DNA from: Tubiluchus corallicola
Lineage: Eukaryota; Animalia; Priapulida
NCBI GenBank assembly: GCA_030141605.1
Contig: JAQGDQ010000213.1
Coordinates: 186,001-250,000 of the forward strand
Length of the DNA stretch: 64,000 bases
Reading direction: 5' to 3'
This document shows, one piece after another, positions 49,201 to 62,038 of this stretch. The notes under the pieces are model-generated. The model made no database searches. It was not told the origin of the DNA and saw only the letters and a list, made by a program, of their open reading frames with translations. Each line of letters opens with the position of its first letter. Position 1 is the stretch's first letter. The position numbers were made by a program, and so were the translations under genes.

Positions 49201-52200
49201 AAGGAGAAGTCTACGACACTGAAATTGAATAAATCAACATAATCTACATGCAGAGTATCACAGCTTAGTGACTCAGTGTGTGTATTAGCGTATTCATATC
49301 TTTGAAGTTTATTTAAACTGGCTTGATAAATTTTAAACTATCCATTAAAAAGAAATTTTAGTATAATCTTTTACTTTGTGCAAAGTTACTTGGTACAAAA
49401 CAACATGATCTTAGACATACATGTTCTTCCATCATTTTTACTTCTATTGATAACTTTGTCTTCGTCTCTGTTTCTAGAAGCCATAAATAATCCCAAACCT
49501 TTCGCATTTCAGTTACTTCCGAAAACGCGTTAGAAGATTCAGTTCACAGAGATAAGAGACAAGTTAGTGAACAAAGATTTCTTGGATCCTGTACGTATAC
49601 GTTGGGTTTTTGTTACGTTGCTAACTAATAATGTAACACATCAACATGTGAGCCACTTTCAGCTTTTAATGCTGTCAGCTTTTCGGTCTACCTGCTGGAA
49701 GTGTCTATAACTATATAACTGCTTACTGAATTTTGTTAATATTGGCACTACCTCATTTAGTTCTTTTATTATTTATGCACGGTAACAGATATATAGAAAC
49801 CCGAGCTTACCCGGTTAGTGTGGATACCAAATTTCTATCATATGTAAGAATATTGAGTAGTTGGCTTTTACCAAAGCTATTAAAAGTGCATTTATAACAA
49901 AGCCAATAAAACGTGGATTATACTTATTCACAATGCTCGTGTTATTGCTTGTGCAGTTTGACCTCTAATATCTAATAGCTATTGTTTGCTTGTGTTACAT
50001 CTTTCCCAGCTACCGTGCAAGTCGGTACTGCCCAATCTCTGGATTAATCGATCACACACAAGACAGAAAGTTTGTGATCGATTGGCGTATGACCACCTGT
50101 GAGCATAAGTGTGTCAGGGTCTATTGTTTTACAATGCAATATATATTCATCATTAATGCATCAACCAATTGAAAGTGAAGACTTGTTTTATAGATTTGTA
50201 ATTAATATTATAAGGTTGCTGATTTACATTAGTGGACTGCACACAGGTGAATAATTATCGACATCCAAGTTAATGAGAACGATCACGAATGTAGAGTTTG
50301 GCTATAGCCTATAAGTTTTTAAATGTTTGGCACCTGCTAATTTTACTAATTTATTTTGTCAGGCTATCATTGTTACATTCTTTTTTATATTTCGCCTGAA
50401 CATAAAATGAGTGAAACATTTACATAGTAGTTTCCAGAAGCAATTTTAAACTTCAGTTCGGTTCAATAATACATTTTAAAAGCAGAAGGCCTCATTAAAA
50501 TATCTTTAAATAAAAAGAAAATGAAAAAAATCTTGGCACTTGAATAGAAAAAAGTGAAAGCATTCATCATGTATTATAATGCTGCCTTTAAAATGGCAGG
50601 CACTGCTAACCTAAGAGCTTCAACAAAGCTGTCATTTTATCTTTTTTTTAACCTCAGTTGATACAGGATGTTTTGAAAGACCAAAGTGTCTAGCTAATGG
50701 AAGGACGAAAGATCCAGCTAACTGCAGAAACTTTGCAATGTGCACAGACGTGGGAACACCAAAAGAGACATACAACATCTTTACCTGTGGACCTCTTCTA
50801 ATTTACAATGAAGACAAGAAAACATGTGATTGGCCTGATACTGTTAGTATCGACCAACGCTGTACGTGTGGAGAGCTGGGCGGAGGTGAGAAAAAATATG
50901 AAACATAATTATGGGGGACAAAAATTCCAGGCCCACTTTCGTGTGGGTCAGCCCGGTAATACTATTAACCGATTAAAACTGATTGCGTACATTGCGCAGA
51001 GCATAATAAGGGCGTGTACACAAGCACCTGGAATGTGCGGCGACGCAAGTGCGATTCACCTAGCATCGGATCATACAAAATGTCTGAAACTTGCAACAGC
51101 TCCTAGTTTAGCAAAAATAAATAAAAACATTTCGTAGTTCATCCACTACATCATAAAATACACATTTTGGTATGACAGCGCTGGATGAACCTCCTCGTCT
51201 GAATCGTACCTGCGCGTAGGACCTGCACCGTCGGAGATTTCGCATGCGTGTATACTGGCTAATAGCTTCGATCAATGAATCAGTCAATCAATGAAAGCAT
51301 CATGTAAGATTTGTCCAGAGGTTGAAGTTTCAAAGAGTTAAACGATGTGCATGTCTGTTACTGCATTGTCAACTATGTGCTTTATTCTCTGTTATTTCTT
51401 GTACTTAACTGTAGTGTCCACTATTTAATTTCAGTAAGCTTACTTTGTAGTTAATTTTGAGTACTTTATGGATTATTCAATGATATAGTTCAGTCGTAGT
51501 ATATTTATTATATTTTTGAGTGTGCTTAATTTCTGTATGTCGAATGTGAGCAAATTTATCGAAGTAATAACATTTAGTGTTAAACTGAAGTGTTTTGCCA
51601 ATCAGCAAGCCGCCAATACAACAAACCAATTTGCAGCTTTCATCTAGACAAAATCTATATAAATCTCCCTATATTGATTTACAAGTATAGGCTCTTAACG
51701 TCCTATACGTTAAGTATCGTAAACGCCTTGAACTTTATATTTATTACTGTATACTTCTTTTGAACATGAACCCTGGTGCTGCATAATAGCACGTAATAAA
51801 ACTAACAAATACACTAGAGAAATCCTTTTTACACAATCTGCAGAAATCGAAAGCTACCAAAGCTAGCATAAATTAACATAAAATTTGTAAAGTGCAGAAA
51901 TGGTGTTATGGATTCCTGTTCTACTTGTAGTTACAAAGCAATTTCTCTCGCACTAAATATTCTAAATAGGCATAAACTTGAAGCAGAGCTGGTCCGCGGG
52001 TCATGGGTCACTTGATTCGCAGTTTTTGTTGGATCAAATGCCTGAGGGTCTGAAACCTGACCATGCGACCAACGAAAAACCTATATAATTATATTACTTA
52101 AAAAAGTGATATTTTTATTTTAAGTGAAACGTGGGATAAAAATAAAACTGTGTATAGATTACAACTTTAGTTTTTTGACTACAGTTAAAGTTTTGTCAGC

Positions 52201-55200
52201 GCAGTTATTCTAACCCTCGGAAATCACTGCTTTTGCTCTATGAAATCTGTTACATTCAAGTGATGCTGATGTCCATTCTTTAGAAATTTGAATGATTTTG
52301 CAGTTGTTCAGAAGCTAGCAATGTAAATGTCATCAGCATTATAAAGTTAAAACCGGATCAATAAGGGTCAATTCTGTTAGGACGCGGGTCATTTTATGGC
52401 TAGTGAGTCATTGGTGTGAGTCAGATTGGGCTTGGGTCGCGGTATCCATGGGCCAAGTAGGCGATGGGGTATACTTAGTAACCCTTTCTAAATCTGACTT
52501 GAGGTAGTTCTTAAGATCCTAACCAAACATGTTACCGCGCGTTAGATTTCCAAACACAATAACCTATATTCAGGTATTCGTTAATCTACCCTTGAAATAT
52601 AGAATACAGTATCAATCTAATTGCAATTTAATACAGTCGCTGCAAATGAAGTTTTAACGTGCTTTGTGGTACGCGTTTTACAGGGCATCCCTGTGAAGCT
52701 GAACCGATCTGCGTCAAAGAAGGCAACATGATCAACCCAAAGAATTGCAAGAACTTCATTTCTTGTGTCAATTATGGAACGCCTGTTGAGAGACAATACA
52801 TCCTGGACTGTCCTGAGGATCTGGTAAGAGATATATCTTTCCCCATTTTATGTTGTTGGGATTAGCTGCTTCGTAATTTGGTGTTGTTACATAAAAAGTC
52901 AATTTCGATCTAGTATGAAGACATGCGTAATACTTCCTAATTATAGGCAGTTATTACCGTGTAAGTGATTAATTAACTGGCCTCCAGTGAGCAAGCGAGC
53001 AAGTAAGAGAGTCATTCAGCCAGCGAGTTACCCAAAGAGTCACCCTGTCAAGTGTGGTTAATTAAATGCATTTTGAATGTATTAGACGCCCTAAACTATT
53101 AAATACTCTAATATTTACTAGTACAAGTTTGTGCAGGTAATTTAATGTATCATTTAGATGACACCTACAATACTTAGACAGTCAATCAAAAATTCGTTGG
53201 TTAGCCTGTAAGTCAGTTGGCCAGTTGCTATAGCGCATTATATGGCCAGTTATTCTGTTCTTGTTTATACGTAAATCAATACGCGTGTACGTTTATACGT
53301 ATTCATTTGGAAATTAACATTACTAATCAACTAGTCCAGAATTCAAAGCATTGGATTTTTTCTGCTTAACTGGCTGAAAATGTAGAAGGCCATTTTTTGT
53401 TTTCGTGGAATTCATTTCATGTTATTTAGAAAGCCATTTAGCGTTGCTACGGAATCCCTTTTATCATAAAAAATAGACTACAGAGTAACTCTATTCTGAC
53501 AGCATAATGTAAAAACTGGCGAAAACTTATTAAGGAGAAAGTGTTCGGCTACATCGCAGTGAGTAACCTGAAAAATCACCAGTATGCAACGTTACATAAT
53601 GTCATTATTTCAGAATCTAGCAATTTCTCTTCAAAATGTTGCGTTCTAAAGTTTAGTTGACACTGTTTTACGTCCTTCATGCACATGATTGGAAAAAAAT
53701 ACGTCTAACATCAGAAGTTTTTTTTAAAAGAGCAGCAATAGAGACGAATGCAGTGTTGCGAAGGTTAATATCTGCCATTAGCTGAAAGCAAAGCTAACTT
53801 GCAGACTTTAAAAAGTTCCACAGCAGACTCGTTTTTTAACAAAACAGTCAAAGTAAATGACGACGCCTTATTATAAGTAAATAAGCCAACCTACGAGTCT
53901 AGCCTTATCTTGAAACACGATAAGAAACATGTTTTTAATTAGCTGTTAACAGTTGTAAAAAAACGCACATACCGGTCGTATCCTTAAGCTGTAAAAGATC
54001 AGGAGAACAAATGAGAAAAAAATGACAATTGGCAGCAGAAGGACATAACTTTATAACCTGCTAATTACAATATACTTCATGTGGGTATTATTGACTGTCC
54101 AGTTACTTTTAACACAGAGGTCGAAAATTCACACTTAGAAATAATGAGGCACGCGAGACGTGCTTTTAACCAAAGAATCAAAATTAATAACAGTAATCAT
54201 TTATCAGTTTTCTACACAATGTCGCAGTTGGCGTATGTGGTTAAGTGTTGAAAGTCCGCTATTATTAAGCTGTTCTACCATTCCTTGCTGTCAGGGTCGT
54301 TGGCGCGTTTGGGCCACATTTCAGGCAATTTCGACATAATTCATCTCATATTAAATAACGTTCTAGGTCACTTTTGGAGCGATCAGTTTGCCTATTGTGC
54401 CTCAACGATAGCCTATTGTTGCTTACTTTCTGTTCTCGACCTATGAGTTGATGCTTAAACATGTATTTTACAAATCGAGTAATCGATCTTCTAAAACTTT
54501 GAAAAAATATATCTCTTTTTTCAGATTTTTTTCGATAATAAGTTATGGTGAGAGCATTGAGCTGAGCCTGAGTAGCATCTAAATTACCTGAAATATGAGT
54601 CCTAGCACGAATACCGAACTATTTTTTTTGTTTAAATTTTACTCATTTATAGCATGCAATGACTATCTCATACATTTCTTGAGTTCATTACGTAACAATG
54701 TAGCATTATGTAACAAATCACATAATTCGTCATTATGCAACAAATTTTACCTCATTATGTAACAATCATTGTGCACCAAAAATTATGCATTATGTAAGAA
54801 ATCAAGGTAGGATTGGTTGTGGATTTACCAGCTCGCGGATAAACAGCAGTGTGAAAATGCGTAACGTATTTAACCCTGACAGATCAGACTTCGGACAGTC
54901 AAAGGCCTAAGCCACAGACCAAACTAGAGTAGAACAGACCAAGCTGGAGCGAGGCCCACATCTAGAGCAGAAGGCAACTGACCCAATAATTAGACTAAAT
55001 CTAATCACCGACCACGATCAATCCTAGATTTGCCTATCTATTACATAATACATCATTTTGTTGTATAATGATTGATCCATAATAACGTAAAACTTTGTAA
55101 ATAATGACGAATTTTGTGGTTTGTTATATAATGCAGTATTTTTTGTTACATAATGCAGATTGTTGCATAATCAGCCTTTCGTTACATAATAAACCTGACT

Positions 55201-57401
55201 ATACGTCTGATACTGCCTTTTGCCCGATATATTTTATTCACTCATAACTAGGGTATAGGTGAGAAGTGACGGTATGTGTCTGGCTATGGAGTTAAGTATC
55301 ACTACGCCTGGTCAGTAATGGACGACAAAAAACAAAACTTCTGCAGCTGAACTCGTTTCATCTGCTACGTTCATTTACCTTGTTGAGGAAGGACACGCCC
55401 GAATGTGGCTAAAGCAATTCATTGATCCAGTGTTTCATATCAGCGAGTTATCATATATAATTAGCTAAGTTCCAGTGTCACTGCAGCATTTGAAGTTAGT
55501 AGTAAGCTTTGTTGCGGGGTACTAGAGTTTTGCTTGGGGTGGGCCGAAATGTAGTAAGAAGTGTGCCACAACAAATCCGCAAATTCCAAAATTCAAACAA
55601 CGACAAAAGGCACACAGATTTTTGTGGCAAATAGCTCACCAAAATATCTCTTCAAAATAAAATAATACAAAATGCAAAATAACCAAAAGAAATGAGCGAG
55701 TCGACAAACAAAAATATTTCTAACGTATTTCTCACAACAAATTACTTCTATCAACCAAGCTGGACAAAATCTGCAATCGAAAACGGAGAGATCACAAAAC
55801 TAATTAAAAAGATGAGCTTTTAGGGCATACATTTTACAGTGCAATACGCAGCGTGTGGTTTTAGTCACCAAAACAGATTCTTTTTTCGCATCGCATAGTA
55901 TTCTTCTGTGTTTTAGTTAAATACGAGCTTTAATAAGCAATTCATTTTTTACGACGACACGTCTAACTTATCAGTATGAGTATATCTCTTTCAGGTTTAC
56001 AATCACGAAACAGATGCATGCGACTACTACCGGAACATCGGAGAAGCACGATGTTTGTGTGGCGAATTCAAGAATGTCACAATCAACTCTTTCATTTCTA
56101 AAACAAGAGGCACTCCAAAACCACCTCAAACCACTAGACGAACAACCACAGGGATGACAACGCCCACGACTGCTAGTACTACATCATACAGAAGAGGTAT
56201 GCAATGTCCAAGTTATAGTAAAGTACGCGCTTACACCGGACATTAGCTTACAGTTAAAATGCGCGTAATAGAAACAATGGTTTAATTATAAGTAAATAAT
56301 ATATATAAGTAAATATATAAGTAAATATTTAAAGTAAGAGAAAGCAAGTTATTAGGCAAATGTAGAATATAAACTCTACATATCTTAGCAAATCGATAGC
56401 TAGATATACATCTGGATATCTGAATTATTAAATCGTTCAATCGTATCACTAACAATCACTAATCTATTCAAAAGGATGCTAATCCTAGTCTATATGGAGG
56501 CGTAACGTGTCCTAATTAGTCGACTTCTCAAGTAGGAATGTCCATGAGCCAGAATCAATGCAGGTGTTTCCAGTACCCGCATCTACTGAACTCAAAGCTA
56601 AATTGTCATACGCTGTTGTACGCTATCATGAGTTTTAGGAGTAAATGTTTTGCTAAAACAAAACCATTTTAGTGTGTATTATTAGTACACACTTTAAAAA
56701 TTAAAACAAACTGAACTTTTGAAAGTTTCTAAGCCAAAATATCTAAGTTGGAAAAAAGTGCGTTAATTATTGATCTTGATTTCGCGGGAACCTAATGTGT
56801 CAATAAAAGGGAATAGGAAGGCAAAGAAAAAAAATAAAAGCTGAAAAGAAAGTGAAAATATGCGCTCCAAATCTTAATTTTGAAGGTGGTTCAAGATGCA
56901 CCAGAAAACCAGTATGCACCGACAATGGAATTATCCCTGATCCCAGAAACTGCCAGAGCTTCATCCAATGTTTATTCTATGGAACCCCAAATGAGAGGCA
57001 ACAGGAATTTCACTGCAGCGGCGACTTGGTAAGAAAAATCCATTTAATTTACAAAATTTTTAGTCGTCTTCATCTCTTTAACACACATTTAATACTAGTT
57101 TCCCTTTTCTCAAACTATTGGCGACTGTAAGTTTAATTTTGTTGTTGGTAAAGACAACAAACTGCGACTCTACAGATAGATTCTTAAATATTTGAAACAT
57201 TTTGACACTACTTCAAGTAAATCAAATATTATTGTTAGCTATATAAGGTATGTTTCCATCAAATGTTATAATCAGTTTATTTGGGGACTGTCTGTACGTA
57301 GTTTTTGTTTTTAGGTTTACAATTCTAGGCGTAACGCGTGCGATCATTACAAACCAGAAGGTGCAGTGAGATGCCGATGCGGCGAATTTGACAAGTCTTG
57401 A
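46297..57401 (+). CDS. Secreted protein with three chitin-binding type-2 (CBM14/peritrophin-A)-like domains, ~324 aa, 8 exons
   Basis: Exons 46297-46345 (signal MTMMNYLLLLPAVIVA), 48303-48350, 49513-49590, 50658-50885, 52684-52823, 55995-56196, 56886-57028, 57315-57401 (TGA). Total 975 nt, in frame, all GT-AG. Each domain has (D/N)PxNCxxFxxC...C..L(V/I)YN....CD(W/Y/H). Thr-rich linker between domains 2 and 3. The two small early exons are less certain than the domain exons. Confidence 0.85.
51010..51259. mobile_element. Possible PIF/Harbinger-like MITE (250 bp)
   Basis: TAA|GGGCGTGTACAC ... GTGTATACTGGC|TAA: 3-bp TAA flanks and an 8/12 TIR, plus an inner inverted pair gcaagtgcgattca / tgaatcgtacctgc. 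Confidence 0.45.
51984..52496. mobile_element. hAT-type MITE (513 bp) in an intron of the chitin-binding gene
   Basis: Starts CAGAGCTGG, ends CTAAATCTG (imperfect TIR); many GGGTCA/TGACC subterminal motifs; 8-bp TSD acttgaag (51976-51983) / acttgagg (52497-52504), 7/8 match. Confidence 0.75.
54680..55200. mobile_element. MITE-like element with inverted arrays of CATTATGTAACAA
   Basis: Several CATTATG(T/C)AAC copies at 54685-54800 and reverse-complement TTGTTACATAATG copies at 55040-55190 around a more GC-rich core. Exact ends and TSD not resolved. Confidence 0.65.
55288..55324 (+). mobile_element. 5S rRNA-like internal-promoter fragment (possible SINE3-type remnant)
   Basis: ggagttaagtatcactacgcctggtcagtaatggacg resembles the 5S segment GAAGTTAAGCA...GCCTGGTTAGTACTTGGATG. 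Short and divergent. Confidence 0.3.
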
Positions 57402-57664
57402 AGCAGGAGAATACGAACAAAAATAAATAGTTCACCAACTCTGTTGAAAACTTCTCAGACAATTTTCAAATTATAAAACTTATTTCTGGCGGAAAAAGAC
57501 ACGTTTCAAGGGAGATGACTTATATTTAATAAATAATGAAACTCAGAATAATGCAATCAAATGTGAATTTTCGTGCTTGGCGTTTTAAACTGACAGGAAT
57601 GTAACTCTAACAATTATAACTCTAGCGAAAAATTACAAAATATTGTAAAGGTATGGGGTGTTCA

Positions 57665-57796
57665 TAAATGAATGAATGAATGAATGAATAAATGAATGAA
57701 TGAATGAATGAATGCGTGAGTAAGTGAGTGAGTGAGTGAGTGAGTGAGTGAGTGAGTGAGTGAGTGAGTGAGTGAGTGAGTGAGTGAGTGAGTGAG
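57665..57796. repeat. (GAAT)n-(GAGT)n microsatellite
   Basis: Directly visible. Confidence 0.97.
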
Positions 57797-60654
57797 CGAA
57801 TTAATAAACAACAAATAAACGAACGCCGAGCAAGTAATGAAATGGGCGAATAAATAAGCAAGCAAGTGAGATTGCGAAAGATTGCGAAACATAAAATGAA
57901 TTGAAAAAAATACGATAAATAATTTATAAAATGTGTAATGCCAAATGACTATTATTTACGTTTGGAAAATTTTTAGGCAGCAATTTTTAGCTAATTTTGC
58001 AAATTTTTAAGCAAGTAATTGCGAAAAGTAACATTGCTGTTCATATCAACAGAGTCTGGTTACACGCATACAAATTTCACGTTTTTTAATAAGCGAAAGT
58101 AGCGTGAAGGTGTTTGCAGGCAAGAACTGGTGTGCATAATGATGAAAATGTCTTTGTCTTTGCCTGTCAATGATATTTAACTACTTTATTATTTGTAAAT
58201 TAAGTCATAATTTAGTTTTGCGTAATTTACATTATCCTAAGCTTTATTAAATTTTTAAGGGCTAATAATCTCTCTGCCTTTCTTAAAAATCGTGTATTCA
58301 GAAAATTTATGTCTGAATATGTGAAGGTCAATGTACGAAGCTTTTCTTGAAACATATGGAAAGTCATCATGTAATAGGTATTGTAAAAAAGAAAGAATGC
58401 TCTTTTTTGCTTGGCCGCAATTTGGCACTTGAAAATTTATATTTGATTTGAGTTTTTTTTTGTTTTAACGTTTATATTTCTCATGATATTGATATTAATA
58501 TATATGATCATCATTATATTATTAATATATGAATTTCTTATGAGTGATATTATAAATATGTTGTGTTATAATAGCATCTTTATTATAAATCTTTGTCTCA
58601 CTTGATGATGTTAAAAGATTTACCATCATCGTTTGTCTCACTGCCTACAATGTGTGTGCGTGTGTACCTGCACATGAAACTTACCAATTGGACATATTTG
58701 GTTTGTTGATGACGTTGTAACATATTGACGAAGACATACAGTGAGCCACAATTTTAGCACTTTATATCTAGGCTACTTGTGATTATAAACATTCAGTGTA
58801 GATGTGTTTCTCACTTAATTAATATAACATTCAATCGTTGACTATAATTTGGACTATACTCTATGTATATGTTTTGCAATTAGAAGCATAATCTGTAAGT
58901 GAATTCACTGCGAGACATGAAAAAATTAGCTATTGTAGTATTAAGTGGTAGCTATATAATATTCACTATGTGTTTGATCACACAAATAGTTATTGAATAT
59001 AAACAGTGCAACTTCATTAGTTAGATTTGCATTCAATTTTTTTGTATAGCATGTTAGATTGGAGGAATATAAAAAGACGTACACAATAGTGCGGCAAAGG
59101 CTCATCGTCTGCAATGAACGCATTATGACAAACAAATATTGTATTGGAAACATCTAATTTCTGTTTTCATATACTGATAATCTGTAATTTTAATGAATAT
59201 TTCAGCACTCAACAGCAAAGGCAACTTTTTAAACGGTTATGGCGCGACCAGAATCTTGTTACAGTCAATGATAATTGCCCCGTAAAGCACTTTCTAGATA
59301 TTTTCATAGCAAATAAGAAAATAATAACCCTTGGTCACGTTCAAAAGTAATGTATATACATCTTGTTTCGATGTGTCGCAACTTTCCTAGCAGCTATTTT
59401 CTCGACAGCCACCTATCCATTTATAAAGCATACCTGGCGTTGTTTTACTTCGTTGCTAAGTTCACTCCGTGACAAATCAGTTTTCTATTTGCCTCTTACG
59501 TAAAAGATAACACTGGTAACACATTTTCTCGGACAAGGTAAAATATGTGGCCAAAGCTTATTAAAGCTTTTACAGCACTGTCGTAATAATATGATTATGT
59601 ATAATAACAGTTAAGCACAGAAAAGTTGACCTAAGGCTTGTAAACTAAATTTGAAGTATTTGCATACATACAAGTATTGCGGTTTGGATTAATATATTAA
59701 AATGCAACATTCTGAGCCCCAGTAGAGTTAATATCTCACATACGAATATCTTTCATCAGTTTAACTTCATCCATTATTATTTTATTTAGAGCACAGTGTT
59801 GTAAATTATATTCATATTAATATCATGTTTTATTGTTTCTTTATATAGCCACTTGATTACAAAAGCCGAACATTAATTCGAATCTATAGATACTCTGGAT
59901 ACCATAGTGAAAGTATTTATAGCATTACTTACAATGCATGCCCAATGGCACTCAGGTTCATAAATTAGGGTCACAAATCATTTCACTTTTTGTGTTATTT
60001 CGGAGAATGCTCCGTATATTAATTTTCTGCTTTCGCTTTCAGACGACGATAGGCATGTGCCTCCTTTAATTATTAATTTACTCCAATACGATGTAATTAG
60101 GTATTTTTCTAGATATCAACTCGATCGCTCTGTAACACCTTGCGACTGACACCAACCGCTTCAGCGGAACTATAGTAAATTAATAATGAACAATACCCCT
60201 GTGAATTTGCATTATTGGCTTAAGTGAAATTTTTTTGTGATATTCAATAAAAGCTGTGCAACACATAAATTCTTCTTTTTTCACAAGGTTGAAAATGTTC
60301 GCAGTGATGAAACCATCTTGCTATATTGGTCTTGCGTCTTGGTTGTGGAATGAATGTTGTGTTTTATGTTCGTAGGCCATTTATTTCGTTTGCCTATTTC
60401 TTTCTAATTTATTCGTTCGTTTGTTCGTTTCGTTCATTCTTTATTTCAGTCATTCATTAACATACTACGCATTCACACACTGAATGAAAAGCAATCGAGC
60501 TATAACAGGACCGTGGATTGTTTACTGGTTCTCTTCTTATATACAACTGCAGATATGAAAATTTTAAGACATCGTTGAGAAATGAATTTCTTAGCTATAA
60601 CTTATCAGTTAAAGTTAAAGCAGGTAATCGTTGATAATGGGTTACTGTACGTGT

Positions 60655-60799
60655 ACCGTTTGACGTCGTAATAAATGAATACAGTACTAATACGGAAGCC
60701 ATTTATACAACACAGAAACCAGTTCGTTGCACTCACGATCAAAGATTGTCGGATACTTCCCGTGAGGAGGGTGCTGATTTTACTTAAAATTCAGCCACG
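60655..60799 (+). promoter_or_regulatory. Candidate promoter of the pentraxin gene
   Basis: CRE-like TGACGTCG at 60661, AT-rich TATA-like elements and Inr-like CCAGTT at ~60719, upstream of ATG 60800. Motif evidence only. Confidence 0.25.
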
Positions 60800-61955
60800 A
60801 TGAAAACTGTTTGTGCAGGAGCCATAGTGAGATTTCTTTCTGTTGTTTGTGGTAAGTTCACAACATTTTTCCTTTGCTTGCTTGTTTAATTGTTATTTGG
60901 CGCATGCAGTAAGCCCACTTACGGTCGCCTCATTAACCATTAGTAGTTATTGCTAGAGTTGCATAGAGCAAAACTGAAAAGTCTTTAATTTATAAACACT
61001 ACAACAGAGCAAAAAGCAGTATTCAAGAAGACAAGCTCTGTAAAGAAACTTCTTGTTAACTATTTTGCAGTATGGTGGAGTGTCCAGGTGACTGAAGCTG
61101 ACGACGATGAAGACAAGCGTAAGTAATATAATAAGCATTGCTGCCGAGTTTCATTTTTATTAGGAAAGAATAACTCGAAAGACGTTGTCATAGATTTTCT
61201 TAAAAGTGAAATAAGTTCCGTTGCAAATCATTAATATTTCAGGTTGTGCCGCTTCCTTCATATCTTATGATTTGGGATTTACCTCGATGACGTCATATGG
61301 AAGACTGGAATTTGCACCTGTAAATCAACCACCTGAGGGTCTGCCTTCTTGCACTGTGCTGTTTTGGGTAAGGACCTTCGAGCGGTACCGTACCCTGACC
61401 ATCCTGTCGTACGCCACAATGAATAACGCCAATGAATTTTTTCTGCGATTCGTCAGTGTCCAAGAAGCGGACCCACTGGACAACTTGAAACTGACCATTG
61501 GACCTGTCACAGAGTAGGTATATATTTACCAATTTTTCGGGCTGATGGTGTTAATTGGTATAGTAATGTGATTTTTAGAGCATGCTTTGCTGCATAATGT
61601 TTTAATTTGAAGATGGTCTCTACGACATGTCATTTAAATGCACTTAAAGCCTGATGCAGTTTCATATTGCCTGTTTATGTACTTGAGGCTATAAACTACA
61701 ATTAAAATAATTTCAATCAGACCAATACGTGGTCTAATTAAAGGAAGACATTTCTCGGGAAAAATATGAACACGAACAATGTCAAAGTTATACATATTAC
61801 TGAACTTATTTGGTACGTTTCAGTTCCCCTGGCTGTAGGTGAAGTTGGATGCCAGGGCAGACGAAACATGCCAAATAACGGTCAGTGCCGTAATGTTTTT
61901 TTTATATCGCTGGTGTCCTTATACAATATTGTTATTATTATTATTATTATTATTA

Positions 61956-62038
<83 letters not shown>

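Noticed and set aside
49990-50172. 60-aa Cys-containing ORF as an extra exon of the chitin-binding gene
   Set aside because: It needs phase-2 entry through a weaker donor; the phase-1 frame hits a stop, and 49590-50658 joins cleanly.
50808-51137. 109-aa ORF with a signal-like start
   Set aside because: Out-of-frame overlap with the true exon 50658-50885, running into intron and MITE sequence.
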